Source of the DNA: Torpedo marmorata
Taxonomy: Eukaryota
Length of the DNA stretch: 64,000 nucleotides
Assembly (NCBI GenBank): GCA_977017645.1
Contig: OZ360242.1
Coordinates: forward strand, 38,378,001-38,442,000
Direction of reading: 5' to 3'
Shown here: piece by piece, positions 1-10,631 of the stretch
Layout of the letters: each line of letters starts with the position of its first letter
How positions within the stretch are numbered: the first letter of the stretch is position 1
The notes under the pieces: generated by a model
What the model was told of the DNA's origin: nothing
The model's input: only the letters and a program-made list of their open reading frames with translations
The model's database searches: none
Translations under genes and position numbers: made by a program

Positions 1-378
1 AATTACACAAAGATACTTCATTTCAAAAGGCCCTGGATAAAGTACTTTGATAGCATCCCAGACTGAATTAACAGGCCAATATAGCAGCATAACTTGTGAA
101 CCAATGCCATATATTGTATAAACATCTGTAGTTTTTATGTCATTGCTGCCAGCAGTTCATTTGCTGGTTTCCAAAAGTATGATACCGTTTCATTAATTCT
201 CCAGCCATAACAAGTAAATACCTGCTTTACAAAATATATATTCAAATACTTAAACATCTTTGGTGACATCTTTATTTTTTTTCAGTGGACTAATCTTTAT
301 GGTGAAGTACTTGATATATGCCCTAGCATGTGAAAATGCACTAACAGGAATGTTTCTTTTTGTATGTGAATCTTGCAG

Positions 379-418
379 TGTTGTTTACCAGGATGGATTT
401 TATGGTGCAGACATTTAT
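379..418 (+). CDS. RBFOX1: RBFOX1 alternative exon B40 (brain-type, mutually exclusive with M43)
   Basis: ttgcag|TGTTGTTTACCAGGATGGATTTTATGGTGCAGACATTTAT|gtaagt; exactly 40 nt; encodes (G)VVYQDGFYGADIY as in vertebrate RBFOX1; branch-point-like ACTAAC at 340-345. Confidence 0.96.
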
Positions 419-1404
419 GTAAGTACTTGTGAAGTACATAAGGTTCTGTTTTCATTACCAAAGCCATTCTTCTTATAAGTTTACTCTGCTGTGCACCTCA
501 GATTTTACATTGTGTTAATGCCTTTCAGAAAGCATTGTGCACAATGTACGTTATCCCAAAAATCATTGCTCATTTCCTCATATATTTTACACCCAATTAG
601 TTTGAAATGGTATTTTAGCTTGTTCTGCTGTATGCCTCTCATTTTCAAAATACACACAGGGTGAATAATTAAAATATTATCACATGCAGCAACATTTATC
701 TGTTTTTGTTTTCTTCGAATGAATAAAATTATGGCTGTTTTCTTTTGTTCGGGATAATCTTTTCATTTAGTTTCATAACATTTCTATTTCTGGAAGGTTG
801 TGTACACGTCTCTCTGGTGTTTAAATGAGTGTGATAACTGTAGATTTTGTAGTATAAGAATAATGATTCTGTTGCTCATTATGGGCGACTGGAGAACAGA
901 ATTTTTTTTTCTGCTTCCATTCCCATTACTTAGTTTTCCTACCTCAGGCAGTCTTGGTATTTTTCATACTTTATGAGTACTGGACAGAGTCTTAAGCAGG
1001 TTTGGACCTGGGGTCAGTGCTAGGCCTCAGAATCCAAATTAAAGACTCTTAAAGTTATATTCAAAATTTGTTCCCATGCTAGTTTCCAGCTAAATCATAA
1101 CTAGCAGTGGTGGAATGCTCCAGCCCATATACAACCATTGGCTGGGATTTTCCAGTGTGGAATGTACTGCCCATGCTCATTATCCACATTCCTTATTCCC
1201 CCAAACTTTCCTTGATCAGATTCTATGGCTGGTCCAGACAGTATAGGAGCCCAGTGTTGAGGTCTTGGACACTGACCCCTTAAACATTTTGAGATCCCAA
1301 TGTTGAGACTTGTAAAAACTCTCCATTTCTTCAAAGTTTCTGAATATGCCTGATATTCAAAAAGTTTTAAAAATATGAAACATTGGCTAATTAACACGTG
1401 ATAA

Positions 1405-2150
1405 TGAGTTTATTGTCATGCACATTGTGCCATGTACATATGCACTGACATTCATACTTGCTGCAGCCTGACAGGTACTTGTAAAGAAAAACTATAAGAG
1501 TAAACTTATTGAATTAAAGAAAAAAATAATAATAAATATGTAAGAGAGATAATAAATATTCACAGTAAACAGGAGCAAAAAAAGTAACTTGCAATATTTC
1601 AAACAGTCCTTATGAGATAGAGCAGTCTATGTACCAAGGGGAGGTTCAAAAGTCTGAAGGCTGTTGGAAATAAGTTGTTCTTGAACCTAGAGGTGCTGTT
1701 TTTCAGGCATCTATGACCTCTGCCCGAAGGTAGCACTGAAAACAGGTTGTGACGAGGGTGGTGGGGGTCCTTTATGTTGTTGGCTGCCTTCTTAAGGTAG
1801 CGCCTCACATAGATGTCTCCAATGATGGAATTCAGAGCCTATGATGGGCCTGGCTATGTTTGCTACTTCCTGCCGCCTTCTGCATTCCTGGGCACTTGAA
1901 TTGCCAAACCAGGCTGCGATTCAACCAGCCAGTATACTTTCCAAAGTGCACCTGAAGAAGTTTAGTAGAGTATCTGATGGCATGCCAAATCTCCTTAGAC
2001 TCCTTAAAAAGTAAAGTCATTGGTGTGCCTTTTTCATGGTTGTCTTAATGTACTGGCTCCAGGAAAGGTCTTCTAAAATATGAACCCTCAGGGACTTGAA
2101 GGTTCCAACTTTCTCCATCTCCTTCCCATCAATGCTGACAGATGCATTGT
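1405..2150 (-). mobile_element. Degraded Rex1/Babar-like LINE 3' fragment
   Basis: Broken ORFs with FKSLRVHILEDLSWS and KDPHHPRHNLFSVLPSGR, homologous to the intact copy at 16311-17400. Confidence 0.8.
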
Positions 2151-3523
2151 CCCTTGGCCTCTTATAAAACCATGAATCAAAAATCTTATTTTGAAAACAA
2201 ATCAACGAAAACCAATTTAAAATATTTGAAACATGAAAAAAACCCAATAAAATTAGAAGAATCCAACTTACCTTATTTTTTTTTACCTTTCTTCCTCAAA
2301 TGATTGGCCCATGGATGCCATACCAGAATCTGAGAGCAAGTTCCAGCACAGCTGCTGGGAAATCCCAGCTAGTTCCTCCTATTCTGCTGGGCTCATGTGG
2401 AGTTCTGCAACACAGGGAAGCCGTGACTTCACAAAGCAAAGTTCAGGATTTCTCCATTCATCCAAGAGACTGAAAACTAAGGCATTCTTCCACTGAGAAA
2501 TGCCAACAGTTCCTTGAGGAACTGGCAGCAAAATCCAAGCTGTCATGAAAAGAATCCAGAAAAGTACATTCTGCTAAATGAACTGGGTCAGAATTGATGA
2601 TTTGAGGCTCGTGACTTTGTTGTCTGTTACTCATTAGAAGTTTGTATTGAAGTGGTTAGACTGTAAGCTTGAATCATTCAGTAAAAAGGAAAATATTTCA
2701 CATTTTATTATTTTCCATTTTCCAAGATTTCCAAATTCCAAGTTATTTTAAGATATTGAGCAATATGATTTGCTAGTGAGAGGAAAATTGAATAATTGTA
2801 ACTTAGAATTAGAGGGGTTTTAGAATCATCTCTTTTATTTCACCTCCGAACCATGTTTTTTCTTATTGTTTTTACAATTAATATTATTTATTAGTTATAC
2901 AAAATCCAAAACAAGTTTTGCACAACTTTACTGCATGGATACCTTTTATGCAAATGAAAATGATATAATTTCTTCTCTCTCTGAAATCAACACATTTCAA
3001 AATATATTGAAGTACACATTTATTCAGTTCTGTGTTTTTTTTTAAAAAAAGCATTTATATCAAATTGAAAAATTGTGCCATTACAATTTCCCCATGGAAG
3101 TAGCATTCATTGAATTTTTTCTGCAGAAGTAGCACAATTAAGGCTCAGCTTCTAAGTTTAAATTGATTAAATTTAATTGATGCAAATATAGAAAATGCAT
3201 TAGACAACATTAGGAAATATAAATTACATTCTGGCTTCTAAGCCATTACAATTCATCTTTGTTGGACTGTGAAAGATTATGCTATGTAAAATAGGAAGCA
3301 AGGAACGCTTTCAACTTGAGAGTAAAAGACAGCATGAACATTTCTCCCCATAACTCAAAAGACTCTACATAGAATTTTTTGATGATTTGGTGATTCCTAA
3401 TTTGTAGGGATTTTAGGCTTTAATGATTTAGAATCAAAGGCAAACTTGAAGAGGAATGGCTTATTGGGTTCATGAGTTATTCATTCTTTTTACATTCAAA
3501 ACATTATTTCTGTTTCATTATAG

Positions 3524-3566
3524 AGTAGTGTATCGAGAACCTGTGTATGGCAATAAGTTACCACAG
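3524..3566 (+). CDS. RBFOX1: RBFOX1 alternative exon M43 (muscle-type)
   Basis: ttatag|AGTAGTGTATCGAGAACCTGTGTATGGCAATAAGTTACCACAG|gtatga; exactly 43 nt; encodes (G)VVYREPVYGNKLPQ, compared with mammalian GVVYQEPVYGNKLLQ (recalled). Confidence 0.93.
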
Positions 3567-5029
3567 GTATGATGAGCGAAATGTCACAGTGAATGTGGAT
3601 TGCTGCCAAATGTTTTTACTGATTGTAAAATAAAGGGGCATTTATTGATGCAGGAAGGGCTTACTTGAAATGAACATTAATGCCCTTTTGGGACAGTTTG
3701 GGTTTGCTAAACAACTAGAGCTTGGGGTGAATGGAGGCAAAATTATTATGAATGTATGTTGATATCAAACAGGAAATTTTGGCTGAAAGCTCAGTGATCA
3801 GGACTTGCATAATTCTTATTTTTTCCACTGCACTTGAAAGAATACACAGTGAGGAGGCTGTCCCAAAGGATGGTGGGATAGCCACTTCCAACCACATTAT
3901 AATTAGTTCATAAATGGTGTTTGCTTTATCTACAGAGACTGGATTCTGTATGTTAATTGGCATGCTGAGATAATTTAGAACTGGTTGATCTAACATTGTG
4001 GCCCATTGAACAGGAGGCCTCTGCCGTTTTCACAGTTTGACAATCAATGCATCACTGCCCACGATTTATTTTGAATGTGCATTTGTTTGTCCTGTTGCTT
4101 AATTGAAGATCCATAATTATCCAAAATTCAAAAAATTATCAAGAGCTAATTTAATTAAATAATTTATACTCAGATTACTTAATTCTAATTTACACGTTTC
4201 TTAATAATTCATTTTAATAACAGGGCCAACAAATGCAAAAGGATCAATATGTTGGGGTTATCTTGAGAAGATTATATTGGATCTTCTAGTATTTTCAACA
4301 CTTGTTTAGCAGGTGGCTAATTTTTTGCACTAAGCAGTGAGCTATTGTTGAACAAAGTCAATGCATAAATATGAATATGGTTATCTTTCCCAATCTCAAA
4401 ACTCAAATGCAGGCTAATAGTTTGGAGTTAAAGTTTTTTTTAAAATTTATTTCATTCGATGTTTTTTTAATGTGATGAATCACCCAAACCATTAAAAATG
4501 CAAAACATTAAAGTTGCATATTTCCAATTCATGGATTGTTAAAAAGAATAAAAAGTTACATTTTAGAACTGTTCTGAGTTTGGACATAACAAAATAAATC
4601 AATGGCATAACAAGGTGTAATGATTTAGAATGCTATTAAAATATGCATTTAACCACTCCAGTGGAAAAATATTTGCACCTTTCTCTATCCTCCACTAATG
4701 ATCTCACCATGTCAAGGGATCCGAAATGTGGGAAGTAAAACACATATAGTATCATGTTAACAGTGAATGATTCAGTACACTGGTACACCACTGCAATGCA
4801 CCACTATGTTGTCCATGTAATTTACCTTTAGCTCTTTAGGCTTATCCACACAAAGAATGATGGTGTCTAATTTAGAAGTTTAACTATCAGAACACAAATT
4901 ATTTATTGAGAAAATACAAGTCCCATCATTTGTGCAAGTTTGGATGATTTGTACTTCCTTGAAAATGTTAAAACTGTTAGTTTATGACATACTGGGTTTT
5001 TTTGCTTTATCACATGCAAAACATCTTTT

Positions 5030-5286
5030 TTTTTTAAAATATTATATTTTCATTTTTAACAAACAATGAAACAAAATACTTCAAAAACAGATATCACATT
5101 ATATAGTAATACAATAAAAGTAACATATATAATAAAAAAAACAATTACCCCAAACCTCCCCCCACCAAAGAAAAAAAACTAAACAAAACAAGTGGTTGAC
5201 AATGTTTATATAATTACTAATTTCAAATATATAAAAGAAAGAAAAACTCCAAGTCTTCCCGGCAACAGGGCTTATCGCGTGAAGGA
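5030..5286 (-). mobile_element. 5'-truncated L1-type 3' end with poly(A) and 13-bp TSD
   Basis: T-run at 5026-5035; CAAAACATCTTTT repeated at 5017-5029 and 5287-5299; T/G-rich UTR-like body on the minus strand. Confidence 0.7.
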
Positions 5287-5561
5287 CAAAACATCTTTTG
5301 ACATGAGATCTATCGGCTCGATCTGCCATCCAAAGCGATACAAGTTACAAGTTCAATAGCATTGAAAATTGTATCTGTCTTGCAGCAAACAAAATAAACA
5401 TTCTAATTTCTTTATTTATGCATTTTGTCATTTGGTTAATCAAATGCAAGATGACTATTCAAGGCATAGATTTTGATCTGCTTCCATAAGTGTTGAAAAT
5501 ACTGACTGTCCTCTGCTTTGAAATTGCAAATGGACTGAGGTTATTCTTTTTTTCCCCCCAG

Positions 5562-5626
5562 GGTGGGTATGCTGCCTACAGGTATGCCCAGCCTGCCACT
5601 GCCACTGCTGCTGCCTACAGCGACAG
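5562..5626 (+). CDS. RBFOX1: RBFOX1 65-nt exon
   Basis: Polypyrimidine tract, cccag|GGTGGGTAT...AGCGACAG|gtaagg; encodes GGYAAYRYAQPATATAAAYSD(S/R). Confidence 0.97.
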
Positions 5627-6013
5627 GTAAGGAGCTCATCCCTTCATTGATTTATTGTGTTGTAGTTTATGTGATTCAGGGCTGGTTTACATGGCATCTC
5701 AGAAATGATTAATTATCACCCAAACAAATAATTGAGCTGTGAATGTGTGACAACCACCACATCAGAGTGATATGGCTGCTCCACCCTGGATGAGTAAATG
5801 GCATTGTTCCAAAAAAAGACCATTGTTATCTAATGTAAATTTAGAAGCCTTGGATTTGCAGGCAGTTAAAGGAAAAAATTTCCAGTGATTCAGCTCTGAT
5901 TTGCCACTCCAGAAAGAGATTGACTTGTTCTCATTTAATTTGAAAATCCAAAGCAAGTCCAATAGAAACAGAAGTAAAACACCAAGACCACCCGTAAATT
6001 GGAGGAGCAACAC

Positions 6014-6405
6014 TTAATTTTCCATCTGAGCACTCTCCAACCGGATGGCTTCTCTAGTTTCTGCTAGCCTACTCTCTGTTCTTCCTCCCTTCTCTTTCCC
6101 TTTGTCTTCCTTCCTCCAGCTTTCCACCCCCTTCCCTCTCCATTCACAGAGCCTTCTCTCCTCCCCTGCTTGCTGGTGTGCCCTCCCTCCCATATCCACC
6201 TATTACCTCCTGCCTTTGGGACTGTGCTCCTCCCCCTGCACCTCGCACCCCCACCCCCCCACCACCATTTTGTTCAGGCGCCTGCCTACATTTTTTCAGA
6301 CCTTGATGAAGGGCTCAAGCCCAAAAAGTTGGTTATGTATCTTTATCTTTGCTATATAAAGTACACTCTTTGACCTGCTGAATTTCTCCAGCTTTGTGTT
6401 TTTAC
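6014..6405 (+). mobile_element. Penelope-like element terminal fragment
   Basis: Pyrimidine-rich tract, then TTGATGAAGGGCTCAAGCCC...TGACCTGCTGAATTTCTCCAGC, shared with several other copies in the window. Confidence 0.65.
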
Positions 6406-6994
6406 TACCAATAGAAACAGAAGAGAACTGAGCAAGTTGGCTGGGATTTGACTGCTTTGTCACAGTCTGAATCGAACTGTGCAGAACAAGTAATTTATTA
6501 AGGCAAATTAAACTCTTTTCAAACAACATCTCAATTTCTATTGTGGTCTTAATACATAAATTATAGCAAAATGTAGCACAAGAAAATTGTTCTTTCACCC
6601 TCCACAATAAGGAAGAGAAACATATCTCAGTTTTATTTGTGGCAAACCTAAAGATGGCTTCGTTATATATGTTTAGCTCAGCTTGGGTTTACTCAAAGCT
6701 CAATCCAGCTTCACCCTGTTAGGCACTCAAGCACTCAATGACATTCCCTCTTCCACCAACTATTCCCCAGATAAAATACATTTCTTTCCTACTGACAGAC
6801 ACTGCAAGCTGGAATGGCAATATTGCTTTCAATAACTTCTCCTACCAAGTCTTGGATTACAGATCAATACCGTAAACAGTGGCCAATGCTGACATCTCAA
6901 TCAGCAGACACCTGAAGTGTGACAAAGTTTACTCTTGTTGATTAATGTTTGAGACCTTATATGATTGCCTTTTACCCCCAGTAAAAGATCATTT

Positions 6995-7148
6995 GAGCAG
7001 CACACAAAGTGCTGGAGGAACCCAGTGGGTCAAGCAGCATCCAAGGAAAGCAATGGATCGCCGACATTTCAGGCAAAGGGTTTCCATCCTATTGCTTTCC
7101 GTGGACGCTGCCTGACCTTCCGTTCCTCCAGCACTTTGTGCGTTGCTC
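6995..7148. repeat. Fold-back inverted repeat made of two inverted Penelope-like termini
   Basis: Arm ~6995-7058 (GAGCAGCACACAAAGTGCTGGAGGAAC...GGAAAGCAATGGAT) is the imperfect reverse complement of ~7087-7148. Confidence 0.85.
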
Positions 7149-7539
7149 CACTTTTCCAGCATATGCAGACTTCTCGTTCACCAAAAGATACTTCGAATTA
7201 CGTTAACATGTCCAAACTATGTAATTTGCAATTGACAGCGTAATCTCACAAGTGATTTGCAAGTCAATAACTTTTAAGTTAAAAAATTGTTTTTTAAAAG
7301 AGGAAGCTGGGTAAGGAGAGCAGTGAGAAGAATAGAAGATTATGTTGATCGAATTAGATACAGGTAGGGTGAGGAGGGTGGAGCTCATATGGATTATAAG
7401 TGGCAACAGAGGCAAAATGAATCAAATGGCCTGATTATTTTCGGTGTAAACAATGTTAGAAACTGGCACCAAGTGTAATTAATCAGTTCATTTGTAGACG
7501 ATCCAAAATTCCCTCAACTTTAATCGATTTCTCACAATA

Positions 7540-7840
7540 GAAGCGCCAATGGTAGAATTGTTGCGTCTCAGCTCTATGGTCTGGGATTCGATCCTTAGGA
7601 GCTGTCTCTATGGAGTTTGCATGTTATCCCTGTGACTGCATGGGCTTCCTCTGGATGCTCCGGTTTCCACCAACATCCTAAAGATCTCTAGTTTGGTAGG
7701 TTAATCTGGCTACTGTAAATTGACCTGAATTCGTAGTCTGGGAAAAATAAACATATTACTGTAGGATTAATGTACATGGGTGGTTGATGATGAGCATGGA
7801 CATGGTGGGTTAACGGGCCCGTTTCCATGCCGTTTCTGAA
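7540..7840 (+). mobile_element. Old V-SINE (HE1-like) copy
   Basis: B-box-like GATTCGATCC; V-domain-like GGAGTTTGCATGTTATCCCTGTGACTGCATGGGCTTCCTCTGGATGCTCCGGTTTCC; CR1-like tail. Confidence 0.75.
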
Positions 7841-8034
7841 TACAGCAGAAGAATACATCTTCCCATGAAAATATGCTCTTTCTTCTCTTCAACCATCTCC
7901 CCTCCACTTGTAATGTCTGCTCCCTGAGCCCGCCCAAATCATAATTGGTGCTAACGCTCCATTTCACTCTGAGGAACTTCATAGTAATACACTGTCGCCA
8001 CAGTTAGAAGTGCTGGGGAACAATCAAGGTCAGT

Positions 8035-8455
8035 AAAAATATGGAAATGCTGGAGGAACTCAGCAGGTCTCACAGTGTCCATAGGAGGTAAAGATTTTTT
8101 ACCGACGTTTCAGGCCTGAGACCTTCTTCAAGGTATGAGTAAAAAGCAGGCAAGCGTCTGAATTAAAAGAAAGGGCAGGGGGAGGAGTACAGACCAACAG
8201 ACTAAAGGTGTTAATTGGATATGGATAGGAGGCCAGGAGAGAGGAAAGGTGAGAATTGATTGGGGGGAAGGGGGTTTCTCTGTGAATGCAGAGCTGGGGT
8301 AAAGGAGACAGAGGGAAAAGGGAAGAGAGAGAGAGAGACAGAGCTAGAGGAGACATAGGGAAAGATGGGGGTGGAGAGTGCACTAATGGAAACTGGTGAA
8401 GTTGATGTTAATGCCATCCGCTTGGAGGGTGCCCAGATGGAATATGAGGTGTTGC
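8035..8455 (-). mobile_element. Penelope-like element terminal fragment with the best-preserved hammerhead motif
   Basis: Reverse-complement homologue of 6014-6405; minus strand TACC-TTGAAGA-AGGTCTCAGGCCT-GAAACGTC-GGTA at 8100-8135. Confidence 0.7.
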
Positions 8456-10598
8456 AGACTTTTGTATTTCACAACAATCAAGGTCAGGAATGGTGGTTGC
8501 TTTTGCTTTCACACCAATCCTAAATCAGGACTCCAAGGTATCTCTAATGCAACTTGTAATAATTTAGTTGCAATCTGAGAACAGGTTAGGACTGACTTTG
8601 ATGTGGCTGCCTTTGTACCACATTTGATATGTATGTACACACTTGCCTTTGGAGAAGCTAACAAGTGACTTGTATTTATTATTAACTGCAAAATAAACCA
8701 ATTAGAAATAAAATTATTAAGAAGACTTTGAAGGCAAGAATTTAAATTGAGAAACAGGCCAATAGATGTGGATTAATGTTGATCAGAACGTGTTCAATTC
8801 TTAAATTTATCACTCAGATAAATCAGTCAGATCATAGACAGTGCATCAAAAATAGATTTCAGAAACAGTTTCACTTGCCATCTCAACTGGTTTCTCTATC
8901 ATATAGCATTTGTGTTAATCACTTGTAAAGGAAAGTTGATCAGATGGATGATAATTGTTTCGACCTGAAGGGTGTTAGAAATAATCAATGGTAAAATGGA
9001 ACTTTCAGTTTACATTGCTCACAGTAGAGTGTACAAGTGTTACCAATACTATCAACAAAATATTGAAGACTTTTCCATTATGTAAATGAAGTTCACGTTG
9101 CCACTTGACTGTACCAGGTCAAGTATCTTTGTCCAGGGGGATCTGAAACATGACTAGGCTGTCCTTCGTTGCCTTGTTCTAAAGATGCCATAGCTCATCC
9201 ATGTGGAGCAGACAGTGGAAGTTATCACTCTAATGTATCATTACAGCATTCACACCTTCAGTATTTAAGCAACAACCTTTCTCTGGAATTGGATTGCAAG
9301 AATTTATAATATTTTCTGAGCATTCAAAAATAGATGTTCTTATATTTACCGGTAATTAAACAGTTTCACCCACAACTGGTAATTATGTCTATTTTATTTG
9401 CCTTGATAGCTGGTTGAGATCTTGGTGTTTGCCTAGTTACTGAAGATTATTTCTTTACCTTTGATGTTTTCTTTGATGAAATTAAATTGTTTTAATCTTT
9501 TGAACCTGCTATTCTTTCATCTGGTGACACATTGGTATTAGAACCATATTATTATGAAACTCCAAGGTTAATTGTGGACTTGGATTTCTACCTTGTAGAA
9601 CAAATTAAACCAACACAGCAAACTAAACCTTAAGTTCTCATTACCCTTTCATAATTTGTCAGCACAATTGACCCTTGAAGTGTTCCGACTTACCTCAACT
9701 GATATGTCACATGGATTCCCAGCAGGAGTAATCGATCTTAACAACACCACTGTTACTTTCTATCTCTGTTCTCAAATTTCTTGCCAGAGGAGGAGGGAAT
9801 TACCTTTATAATTGGCATGCAGTATCTTTATCAATACTTTCCAGGTCCCAGGTGGGATTTTGATTGACACTCTGCAGTTTAACATTTACCCATTTACTCA
9901 TTTATTTGAGATCTACTAATCAATTTCACAGAGTGGACATTAAAATAGTAATTCTGTTACTTTTAACACTGAAATTCAATAAAGTCACCTTGTATATTTT
10001 GGAAAATTGTTCTCTGTTGACCTATTTTAAGTTGTATTCAGTTATTCTTTGAATTGTGCATTCCCTTCCCCATAAGTGTTCGTGCAGAGGCTTGGATTGT
10101 TTCAAGTTTGTTTCAACCTCTGCTGTGCTGTGGCATAGGGAATATGATGGAGCTTCCCTAATACTTTATATAAAACCTGATGAAATTTTCTGCAAAATCA
10201 TGAATGTTTTCCTGTCTCTTTTAAATTCAGTCAGTCTAATTCCTCTGTGAATTTTTATTGTGTCTCTTGTGAATTAGCAACAAAACGACAGTTTCTTGTA
10301 TGGGTTATGCAATGAGATTTAGTGGTGATTGTGAAACCTATTATATAACAATGGAATGCCTGGTAATGGCTGAAATTAATTTTTAAATTGGTAAAGCAAA
10401 TAGGACATTTTTAATTGCAATTAGTAATTTAAAATTTACATATTTAAAGTGAATAGTTACAAAACATGACATGCTTACAGTGGTACTAGATTACAGCTGT
10501 CTAACATCATAATTCAATTGCAATGTTGACTGATTTTAACAATAAATATCTGAAATTCCTAAATCTACTCATTGCCTTGTTTATCTTTGCTTTGGAAG

Positions 10599-10631
10599 GT
10601 TCAGGAGTGTTAAGGCCGTAGAGTTTCCTGT
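10599..10631 (+). other. Candidate 33-nt in-frame RBFOX1 microexon
   Basis: ttgtttatctttgctttggaag|GTTCAGGAGTGTTAAGGCCGTAGAGTTTCCTGT|gtaagc; 3n length, open in the phase-2 frame (RFRSVKAVEFPV). Confidence 0.45.

Noticed and set aside
260-478. 72-aa ORF in the track
   Set aside because: Only 379-418 is coding (exon B40); the rest is intron read-through.
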